64,000 bases of DNA from Eledone cirrhosa (Eukaryota): the NCBI GenBank assembly GCA_964016885.1, contig OZ024743.1:307582001-307646000 (forward strand), in the 5' to 3' direction. The notes under the pieces were generated by a model. It made no database searches. It worked only from the letters and a program-made list of their open reading frames with translations, and was not told where the DNA came from. Shown piece by piece: positions 48,280 to 59,500 of this stretch. Within the stretch, counting starts at the first letter, position 1; each line of letters opens with the position of its first letter. The position numbers and the translations under genes are program-made.

Positions 48280-51200
48280 CTTGCTGGATGTGTAAAGTTT
48301 GTGTCTGTAAAGGTTTGAAAGATAGGTGAGCAAGCCTTGATGGATGTGTAAAGTTTGTGTCTGTAAAGGTTTGAAAGATAGGTGAGCATGCCTTGATGGA
48401 TGTGTAAAGTTTGTGTCTGTAAAGGTTTGAAAGATAGGAGGTGAGCATGCCCTGCTGGATGTGTAAAGTTTGTGTCTGTAAAGGTTTGAAAGATAGGAGG
48501 TGAGCATGCCCTGCTGGATGTGTAAAGTTTGTGTCTGTACAGGTTTGAAAGATAGGAGGTGAGCATGTCCTGCTGGATGTGTAAAGTTTGTGTCTGTCAA
48601 GGTTTGAAAGATAGGAGGTGAGCATGCCTTGATGGATGTGTAATGTTTGTGTCTGTAAAGGTTTGAAAGATAGGAGGTGAGCATGCCTTGCTGGATGTGT
48701 AAAGTTTGTGTCTGTAAAGGTTTGAAAGATAGGAGGTGAGCATGCCTTGCTGGATGTGTAAAGTTTGTGTCTGTAAAGGTTTGAAAGATAGGATGTGAGC
48801 ATGCCTTGCTGGATGTGTAAAGTTTGTGTCTGTAAAGGTTTGAAAGATAGGTGGTGAGCATGCCTTGCTGGATGTGTAAAGTTTGTGTCTGTAAAGGTTT
48901 GAAAGGTAGGAGGTGAGCATGCCTTGCTGGATGTGTAAAGTTTGTGTCTGTAAAGGTTTGAAAGATATGAGGTGAGCATGCCCTGCTGGATGTGTAAAGT
49001 TTGTGTCTGTAAAGGTTTGAAAGATATGAGGTGAGCATGCCCTGCTGGATGTGTAAAGTTTGTGTCTGTAAAGTTTTGAAAGATAGGTGAGCATGCCTTG
49101 CTTCATGTGTAAAGTTTGTGTCTGTAAAGTTTTGAAAGATAGGAGGTGAGCATGCCCTGCTGGATGTGTAAAGTTTGTGTCTGTAAAGGTTTGAAAGATA
49201 GGAGGTGAGCATGCCTTGCTAGATGTGTAAAGTTTGTGTCTGTAAAGGTTTGAAAGATAGGAGGTGAACATGCCTTGCTGGATGTGTAAACTTTGTGTCT
49301 GTAAAGGTTTGAAAGATAGGAGGTGAGCATGCCCTGCTGGATGTGTAAAGTTTGTGTCTGTAAAGGTTTGAAAGATAGGAGGTGAGCATGCCCTGCTGGA
49401 TGTGTAAAGTTTGTGTCTGTAAATGTTTGAAAGATAGGTGAGCATGCCTTGCTTCATGTGTAAAGTTTGTGTCTGTAAAGGTTTGAAAGGTAGGAGGTGA
49501 GCATGCCCTGCTGGATGTGTAAAGTTTGTGTCTGTAAAGGTTTGAAAGATAGGAGGTGAGCATGCCTTGCTAGATGTGTAAAGTTTGTGTCTGTAAAGGT
49601 TTGAAAGGTAGGAGGTGAGCATGCCCTGCTGGATGTGTAAAGTTTGTGTCTGTAAAGGTTTGAAAGGTAGGAGGTGAGCATGCCCTGCTGGATGTGTAAA
49701 GTTTGTGTCTGTAAAGGTTTGAAAGATAGGAGGTGAGCATGCCTTGCTGGATGTGTAAAGTTTGTGTCTGTAAAGGTTTGAAAGATAGGAGGTGAGCATG
49801 CCCTGCTGGATGTGTAAAGTTTGTGTCTGTAAAGGTTTGAAAGATAGGAGGTGAGCATGCCCTGCTGGATGTGTAAAGTTTGTGTCTGTAAAGGTTTGAA
49901 AGATAGGAGGTGAGCATGCCTTGCTAGATGTGTAAAGTTTGTGTCTGTAAAGGTTTGAAAGGTAGGAGGTGAGCATGCCCTGCTGGATGTGTAAAGTTTG
50001 TGTCTGTAAAGGTTTGAAAGGTAGGAGGTGAGCATGCCCTGCTGGATGTGTAAAGTTTGTGTCTGTAAAGGTTTGAAAGGTAGGAGGTGAGCATGCCCTG
50101 CTGGATGTGTAAAGTTTGTGTCTGTAAAGGTTTGAAAGATAGGATGTGAGCATGCCTTGCTGGATGTGTAAAGTTTGTGTCTGTAAAGGTTTGAAAGATA
50201 GGTGAGCAAGCCTTGATGGATGTGTAAAGTTTGTGTCTGTAAAGGTTTGAAAGATAGGTGAGCATGCCTTGATGGATGTGTAAAGTTTGTGTCTGTAAAG
50301 GTTTGAAAGATAGGAGGTGAGCATGCCCTGCTGGATGTGTAAAGTTTGTGTCTGTAAAGGTTTGAAAGATAGGAGGTGAGCATGCCCTGCTGGATGTGTA
50401 AAGTTTGTGTCTGTACAGGTTTGAAAGATAGGAGGTGAGCATGTCCTGCTGGATGTGTAAAGTTTGTGTCTGTCAAGGTTTGAAAGATAGGAGGTGAGCA
50501 TGCCTTGATGGATGTGTAATGTTTGTGTCTGTAAAGGTTTGAAAGATAGGAGGTGAGCATGCCTTGCTGGATGTGTAAAGTTTGTGTCTGTAAAGGTTTG
50601 AAAGATAGGAGGTGAGCATGCCTTGCTGGATGTGTAAAGTTTGTGTCTGTAAAGGTTTGAAAGATAGGATGTGAGCATGCCTTGCTGGATGTGTAAAGTT
50701 TGTGTCTGTAAAGGTTTGAAAGATAGGTGGTGAGCATGCCTTGCTGGATGTGTAAAGTTTGTGTCTGTAAAGGTTTGAAAGGTAGGAGGTGAGCATGCCT
50801 TGCTGGATGTGTAAAGTTTGTGTCTGTAAAGGTTTGAAAGATATGAGGTGAGCATGCCCTGCTGGATGTGTAAAGTTTGTGTCTGTAAAGGTTTGAAAGA
50901 TATGAGGTGAGCATGCCCTGCTGGATGTGTAAAGTTTGTGTCTGTAAAGTTTTGAAAGATAGGTGAGCATGCCTTGCTTCATGTGTAAAGTTTGTGTCTG
51001 TAAAGTTTTGAAAGATAGGAGGTGAGCATGCCCTGCTGGATGTGTAAAGTTTGTGTCTGTAAAGGTTTGAAAGATAGGAGGTGAGCATGCCTTGCTAGAT
51101 GTGTAAAGTTTGTGTCTGTAAAGGTTTGAAAGATAGGAGGTGAACATGCCTTGCTGAATGTGTAAACTTTGTGTCTGTAAAGGTTTGAAAGATAGGAGGT

Positions 51201-51680
51201 GAGCATGCCCTGCTGGATGTGTAAAGTTTGTGTCTGTAAAGGTTTGAAAGATAGGAGGTGAGCATGCCCTGCTGGATGTGTAAAGTTTGTGTCTGTAAAT
51301 GTTTGAAAGATAGGTGAGCATGCCTTGCTTCATGTGTAAAGTTTGTGTCTGTAAAGGTTTGAAAGGTAGGAGGTGAGCATGCCCTGCTGGATGCGTAAAG
51401 TTTGTGTCTGTAAAGGTTTGAAAGATAGGAGGTGAGCATGCCTTGCTAGATGTGTAAAGTTTGTGTCTGTAAAGGTTTGAAAGGTAGGAGGTGAGCATGC
51501 CCTGCTGGATGTGTAAAGTTTGTGTCTGTAAAGGTTTGAAAGGTAGGAGGTGAGCATGCCCTGCTGGATGTGTAAAGTTTGTGTCTGTAAAGGTTTGAAA
51601 GATAGGAGGTGAGCATGCCTTGCTGGATGTGTAAAGTTTGTGTCTGTAAAGGTTTGAAAGATAGGAGGTGAGCATGCCTT
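48280..51680. repeat. Near-tandem duplication with 1876-bp period (32 monomers)
   Basis: +1876 for 48597/50473, 49103/50979, 49219/51095, 49454/51330 and 49570/51446; shared pair of adjacent AAAGTTTTG monomers. A 354-bp (6-monomer) re-iteration (49570/49924) lies between the copies. Confidence 0.87.
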
Positions 51681-53578
51681 GCTGGATGTGTAAAGTTTGT
51701 GTCTGTAAAGGTTTGAAAGATAGGAGGTGAGCATGCCCTGCTGGATGTGTAAAGTTTGTGTCTGTAAAGGTTTGAAAGATAGGAGGTGAGCATGCCCTGC
51801 TGGATGTGTAAAGTGTGTGTCTGTAAAGGTTTGAAAGATAGGAGGTGAGCATGCCTTGCTGGATGTGTAAAGTTTGTGTCTGTAAAGGTTTGAAAGATAG
51901 GTGAGCATGCCTTGCTTCATGTGTAAAGTTTGTCTGTAAAGGTTTGAAAGATAGGTGAGCATGCCTTGATGGATGTGTAAAGTTTGTGTCTGTAAAGGTT
52001 TGAAAGATAGGTGAGCATGCCTTGATGGATGTGTAAAGTTTGTGTCTGTAAAGGTTTGAAAGATAGGAGGTGAGTATGCCCTGCTGGATGTGTAAAGTTT
52101 GTGTCTGTAAAGGTTTGAAATATAGGTGAGCATGCCTTGATGGATGTGTAAAGTTTGTGTCTGTAAAGGTTTGAAAGATAGGTGAGCATGCCTTGATGGA
52201 TGTGTAAAGTTTGTGTCTGTAAAGGTTTGAAAGATAGGAGGTCAGCATGCCTTGCTGGATGTGTAAAGTTTGTGTCTGTAAAGGTTTGAAAGATAGGTGA
52301 GCAAGCCTTGATGGATGTGTAAAGTTTGTGTCTGTAAAGGTTTGAAGATAGGTGAGCATGCCCTGCTGGATGTGTAAAGTTTGTGTCTGTAAAGGTTTGA
52401 AAGATAGGTGAGCATGCCCTGCTGGATGTGTAAAGTTTGTGTCTGTAAAGGTTTGAAAGATATGAGGTGAGCATGCCTTGATGGATGTGTAAAGTTTGTG
52501 TCTGTCAAGGTTTGAAAGATAGGAGGTGAGCATGCCCTGCTGGATGTGTAAAGTTTGTGTCTGTAAAGGTTTGAAAGATAGGTGAGCAAGCCTTGCTGGA
52601 TGTGTAAAGTTTGTGTCTGTAAAGGTTTGAAAGATAGGTGAGCAAGCCTTGATGGATGTGTAAAGTTTGTGTTTGTAAAGGTATGAAAGATAGGAGGTGA
52701 GCATGCCCTGCTGGATGTGTAAACTTTGTGTCTGTAAAGGTTTGAAAGATAGGTGAGCATGCCTTGCTGGATGTGTAAAGTTTGTGTCTGTAAAGGTTTG
52801 AAAGATAGGAGGTGAGCATGCCCTGCTGGATGTGTAAAGTTTGTGTCTGTAAAGGTTTGAAAGATAGGAGGTGAGCATGCCTTGCTGGATGTGTAAAGTT
52901 TGTGTCTGTAAAGGTTTGAAAGATAGGTGAGCATGCCTTGCTGGATGTGTAAAGTTGGTGTCTGTAAAGGTTTGAAAGATAGGAGGTGAGCATGCCTTGA
53001 TGGATGTGTAAAGTTTGTGTCTGTAAAGGTTTGAAAGATAGGAGGTGAGCATGCCTTTCTGGATGTGTAAAGTTTGTGTCTGTAAAGGTTTGAAAGATAG
53101 GAGGTGAGCATGCCTTGATGGATGTGTAAAGTTTGTGTCTGTAAAGGTTTGAAAGATAGGAGGTGAGCATGCCTTGCTGGATGTGTAAAGTTTGTGTCTG
53201 TAAAGGTTTGAAGGATAGGAGGTGAGCATGCCTTGATGGATGTGTAAAGTTTGTGTCTGTAAAGGTTTGAAAGATAGGAGGTGAGCATGCCTTGCTGGAT
53301 GTGTAAAGTTTGTGTCTGTAAAGGTTTGAAAGATAGGTGAGCATGCCTTGCTGGATGTGTAAAGTTTGTGTCTGTAAAGGTTTGAAAGATAGGAGGTGAG
53401 CATGCCCTGCTGGATGTGTAAAGTTTGTGTCTGTAAAGGTTTGAAAGATAGGAGGTGAGCATGCCTTGCTGGATGTGTAAAGTTTGTGTCTGTAACGGTT
53501 TGAAAGATATGTGAGCATGCCCTGCTGGATGTGTAAAGTTTGTGTCTGTAAAGGTTTGAAAGATAGGTGAGCATGCTC

Positions 53579-56500
53579 TGCTGGATGTGTAAAGTTTGTG
53601 TCTGTGAAGGTTTGAAAGATAGGTGAGCATACCTTGCTGGATGTGTAAAGTTTGTGTCTGTAAAGGTTTGAAAGATAGGAGGTGAGCATGCCCTGCTGGA
53701 TGTGTAAAGTTTGTGTATGTAAAGGTTTGAAAGATAGGTGAGCATGCCTTGCTGGATGTGTAAAGTTTGTGTCTGTAAAGGTTTGAAAGATAGGAGGTGT
53801 GCATGCCCTGCTGGATGTGTAAAGTTTGTGTCTGTAAAGGTTTGAAAGATAGGAGGTGAGCATGCCCTGCTGGATGTGTAAAGTTTGTGTCTGTAAAGGT
53901 TTGAAAGATAGGAGGTGAGCATGTCCTGCTGGATGTGTAAAGTTTGTGTCGGTAAAGGTTTGAAAGATAGGAGGTGAGCATGCCTTGCTGGATGTGTAAA
54001 GTTTGTGTCTGTCAAGGTTTGAAAGATAGGAGGTGAGCATGCCTTGATGGATGTGTAATGTTTGTGTCTGTAAAGGTTTGAAAGATAGGAGGTGAGCATG
54101 CCTTGCTGGATGTGTAAAGTTTGTGTCTGTAAAGGTTTGAAAGATAGGAGGTGAGCATGCCTTGCTGGATGTGTAAAGTTTGTGTCTGTAAAGGTTTGAA
54201 AGATAGGATGTGAGCATGCCTTGCTGGATGTGTAAAGTTTGTGTCTGTAAAGGTTTTGAAAGATAGGTGGTGAGCATGCCTTGCTGGATGTGTAAAGTTT
54301 GTGTCTGTAAAGGTTTGAAAGGTAGGAGGTGAGCATGCCTTGCTGGATGTGTAAAGTTTGTGTCTGTAAAGGTTTGAAAGATATGAGGTGAGCATGCCCT
54401 GCTGGATGTGTAAAGTTTGTGTCTGTAAATGTTTGAAAGGTAGGAGGTGAGCATGCCCTGCTGGATGTGTAAAGTTTGTGTCTGTAAAGGTTTGAAAGGT
54501 AGGAGGTGAGCATGCCCTGCTGGATGTGTAAAGTTTGTGTCTGTAAAGGTTTGAAAGATAGGAGGTGAGCATGCCTTGCTGGATGTGTAAAGTTTGTGTC
54601 TGTAAAGGTTTGAAAGATAGGAGGTGAGCATGCCCTGCTGGATGTGTAAAGTTTGTGTCTGTAAAGGTTTGAAAGATAGGAGGTGAGCATGCCCTGCTGG
54701 ATGTGTAAAGTGTGTGTCTGTAAAGGTTTGAAAGATAGGAGGTGAGCATGCCTTGCTGGATGTGTAAAGTTTGTGTCTGTAAAGGTTTGAAAGATAGGTG
54801 AGCATGCCTTGCTTCATGTGTAAAGTTTGTCTGTAAAGGTTTGAAAGATAGGTGAGCATGCCTTGATGGATGTGTAAAGTTTGTGTCTGTAAAGGTTTGA
54901 AAGATAGGTGAGCATGCCTTGATGGATGTGTAAAGTTTGTGTCTGTAAAGGTTTGAAAGATAGGAGGTCAGCATGCCTTGCTGGATGTGTAAAGTTTGTG
55001 TCTGTAAAGGTTTGAAAGATAGGTGAGCAAGCCTTGATGGATGTGTAAAGTTTGTGTCTGTAAAGGTTTGAAAGATAGGTGAGCATGCCTTGATGGATGT
55101 GTAAAGTTTGTGTCTGTAAAGGTTTGAAAGATAGGAGGTGAGCATGCCCTGCTGGATGTGTAAAGTTTGTGTCTGTAAAGGTTTGAAAGATAGGAGGTGA
55201 GCATGCCCTGCTGGATGTGTAAAGTTTGTGTATGTAAAGGTTTGAAAGATAGGTGAGCATGCCTTGCTGGATGTGTAAAGTTTGTGTCTGTAAAGGTTTG
55301 AAAGATAGGAGGTGTGCATGCCCTGCTGGATGTGTAAAGTTTGTGTCTGTAAAGGTTTGAAAGATAGGAGGTGAGCATGCCCTGCTGGATGTGTAAAGTT
55401 TGTGTCTGTAAAGGTTTGAAAGATAGGAGGTGAGCATGTCCTGCTGGATGTGTAAAGTTTGTGTCGGTAAAGGTTTGAAAGATAGGAGGTGAGCATGCCT
55501 TGCTGGATGTGTAAAGTTTGTGTCTGTCAAGGTTTGAAAGATAGGAGGTGAGCATGCCTTGATGGATGTGTAATGTTTGTGTCTGTAAAGGTTTGAAAGA
55601 TAGGAGGTGAGCATGCCTTGCTGGATGTGTAAAGTTTGTGTCTGTAAAGGTTTGAAAGATAGGAGGTGAGCATGCCTTGCTGGATGTGTAAAGTTTGTGT
55701 CTGTAAAGGTTTGAAAGATAGGATGTGAGCATGCCTTGCTGGATGTGTAAAGTTTGTGTCTGTAAAGGTTTTGAAAGATAGGTGGTGAGCATGCCTTGCT
55801 GGATGTGTAAAGTTTGTGTCTGTAAAGGTTTGAAAGGTAGGAGGTGAGCATGCCTTGCTGGATGTGTAAAGTTTGTGTCTGTAAAGGTTTGAAAGATATG
55901 AGGTGAGCATGCCCTGCTGGATGTGTAAAGTTTGTGTCTGTAAATGTTTGAAAGGTAGGAGGTGAGCATGCCCTGCTGGATGTGTAAAGTTTGTGTCTGT
56001 AAAGGTTTGAAAGGTAGGAGGTGAGCATGCCCTGCTGGATGTGTAAAGTTTGTGTCTGTAAAGGTTTGAAAGATAGGAGGTGAGCATGCCTTGCTGGATG
56101 TGTAAAGTTTGTGTCTGTAAAGGTTTGAAAGATAGGAGGTGAGCATGCCCTGCTGGATGTGTAAAGTTTGTGTCTGTAAAGGTTTGAAAGATAGGAGGTG
56201 AGCATGCCCTGCTGGATGTGTAAAGTGTGTGTCTGTAAAGGTTTGAAAGATAGGAGGTGAGCATGCCTTGCTGGATGTGTAAAGTTTGTGTCTGTAAAGG
56301 TTTGAAAGATAGGTGAGCATGCCTTGCTTCATGTGTAAAGTTTGTCTGTAAAGGTTTGAAAGATAGGTGAGCATGCCTTGATGGATGTGTAAAGTTTGTG
56401 TCTGTAAAGGTTTGAAAGATAGGTGAGCATGCCTTGATGGATGTGTAAAGTTTGTGTCTGTAAAGGTTTGAAAGATAGGAGGTCAGCATGCCTTGCTGGA

Positions 56501-59500
56501 TGTGTAAAGTTTGTGTCTGTAAAGGTTTGAAAGATAGGTGAGCAAGCCTTGATGGATGTGTAAAGTTTGTGTCTGTAAAGGTTTGAAAGATAGGCGAGCA
56601 TGCCTTGATGGATGTGTAAAGTTTGTGTCTGTAAAGGTTTGAAAGATAGGAGGTGAGCATGCCCTGCTGGATGTGTAAAGTTTGTGTCTGTAAAGGTTTG
56701 AAAGATAGGAGGTGAGCATGCCTTGCTGGATGTGTAAAGTTTGTGTCTGTAAAGGTTTGAAAGATAGGTGAGCAAGCCTTGATGGATGTGTAAAGTTTGT
56801 GTCTGTAAAGGTATGAAAGATAGGAGGTGAGCATGCCCTGCTGGATGTGTAAAGTTTGTGTCTGTAAAGGTTTGAAAGATAGGTGAGCATGCCTTGCTGG
56901 ATGTGTAAAGTTTGTGCCTGTAAAGGTTTGAAAGATAGGAGGTGAGCATGCCCTGCTGGATGTGTAAAGTTTGTGTCTGTAAAGGTTTGAAAGATAGGAG
57001 GTGAGCATGCCTTGCTGGATGTGTAAAGTTTGTGTCTGTAAAGGTTTGAAAGATAGGTGAGCATGCCTTGCTGGATGTGTAAAGTTGGTGTCTGTAAAGG
57101 TTTGAAAGATAGGAGGTGAGCATGCCTTGCTGGATGTGTAAAGTTTGTGTCTGTAAAGGTTTGAAAGATAGGAGGTGAGCATGCCCTGCTGGATGTGTAA
57201 AGTTTGTGCCTGTAAAGGTTTGAAAGATAGGAGGTGAGCATGCCTTGATGGATGTGTAAAGTTTGTGTCTGTAAAGGTTTGAAAGATAGGAGGTGAGCAT
57301 GCCTTGCTGGATGTGTAAAGTTTGTGTCTGTAAAGGTTTGAAAGATAGGAGGTGAGCATGCCCTGCTGGATGTGTAAAGTTTGTGTCTGTAAAGGTTTGA
57401 AAGATAGGAGGTGAGCATGCCTTGCTGGATGTGTAAAGTTTGTGTCTGTAAAGGTTTGAAAGATAGGAGGTGAGCATGCCCTGCTGGATGTGTAAAGTTT
57501 GTGTCTGTAAAGGTTTGAAAGATAGGAGGTGAGCATGCCCTGCTGGATGTGTAAAGTGTGTGTCTGTAAAGGTTTGAAAGATAGGAGGTGAGCATGCCTT
57601 GCTGGATGTGAAAAGTTTGTGTCTGTAAAGGTTTGAAAGATAGGTGAGCATGCCTTGCTTCATGTGTAAAGTTTGTCTGTAAAGGTTTGAAAGATAGGTG
57701 AGCATGCCTTGATGGATGTGTAAAGTTTGTGTCTGTAAAGGTTTGAAAGATAGGTGAGCATGCCTTGATGGATGTGTAAAGTTTGTGTCTGTAAAGGTTT
57801 GAAAGATAGGTGAGCATGCCTTGATGGATGTGTAAAGTTTGTGTCTGTAAAGGTTTGAAAGATAGGTGAGCATGCCTTGATGGATGTGTAAAGTTTGTGT
57901 CTGTAAAGGTTTGAAAGATAGGAGGTGAGCATGCCTTGCTGGATGTGTAAAGTTTGTGTCTGTAAAGGTTTGAAAGATAGGTGAGCAAGCCTTGATGGAT
58001 GTGTAAAGTTTGTGTCTGTAAAGGTTTGAAAGATAGGAGGTGAGCATGCCTTGCTGGATGTGTAAAGTTTGTGTCTGTAAAGGTTTGAAAGATAGGTGAG
58101 CATGCCTTGCTGGATGTGTAAAGTTGGTGTCTGTAAAGGTTTGAAAGATAGGAGGTGAGTATGCCTTGCTGTATGTGTAAAGTTTGTGTCTGTAAAGGTT
58201 TGAAAGATAGGTGAGCATGCCTTGCTGGATGTGTAAAGTTGGTGTCTGTAAAGGTTTGAAAGATAGGAGGTGAGTATGCCTTGCTGGATGTGAAAAGTTT
58301 GTGTCTGTAAAGGTTTGAAAGATAGGAGGTGAGCATGCCTTGCTGGATGTGTAAAGTTTGTGTCTGTAAAGGTTTGAAAGATAGGAGGTGAGCATGCCTT
58401 GCTGGATGTGTAAAGTTTGTGTCTGTAAAGGTTTGAAAGATAGGAGGTGAGCATGCCTTGCTGGATGTGTAAAGTTTGTGTCTGTAAAGGTTTGAAAGAT
58501 ATGAGGTGAGCATGCCCTGCTGGATGTGTAAAGTTTGTGTCTGCAAAGGTTTGAAAGATAGGTGAGCATGCCTTGCTGGATGTGTAAAGTTTGTGTCTGT
58601 AAAGGTTTGAAAGATAGGAGGTGAGCATGCCCTGCTGGATGTGTAAAGTTTGTGTCTGTAAAGGTTTGAAAGATAGGAGGTGAGCATGCCTTGCTGGATG
58701 TGTAAAGTTTGTGTCTGTAACGGTTTGAAAGATATGTGAGCATGCCCTGCTGGATGTGTAAAGTTTGTGTCTGTAAAGGTTTGAAAGATAGTTGAGCATG
58801 CTCTGCTGGATGTGTAAAGTTTGTGTCTGTGAAGGTTTGAAAGATAGGTGAGCATACCTTGCTGGATGTGTAAAGTTTGTGTCTGTAAAGGTTTGAAAGA
58901 TAGGAGGTGAGCATGCCCTGCTGGATGTGTAAAGTTTGTGTATGTAAAGGTTTGAAAGATAGGTGAGCATGCCTTGCTGGATGTGTAAAGTTTGTGTCTG
59001 TAAAGGTTTGAAAGATAGGAGGTGAGCATGCCCTGCTGGATGTGTAAAGTTTGTGTCTGTAAAGGTTTGAAAGATAGGAGGTGAGCATGCCCTGCTGGAT
59101 GTGTAAAGTTTGTGTCTGTAAAGGTTTGAAAGATAGGAGGTGAGCATGTCCTGCTGGATGTGTAAAGTTTGTGTCGGTAAAGGTTTGAAAGATAGGAGGT
59201 GAGCATGCCGTGCTGGATGTGTAAAGTTTGTGTCTGTAAAGGTTTGAAAGATAGGAGGTGAGCATGCCTTGATGGATGTGTAATGTTTGTGTCTGTAAAG
59301 GTTTGAAAGATAGGTGAGCATGCCTTGCTGGATGTGTAAAGTTTGTGTCTGTGAAGGTTTGAAAGATAGGTGAGCATACCTTGCTGGATGTGTAAAGTTT
59401 GTGTCTGTAAAGGTTTGAAAGATAGGAGGTGAGCATGCCCTGCTGGATGTGTAAAGTTTGTGTATGTAAAGGTTTGAAAGATAGGTGAGCATGCCTTGCT

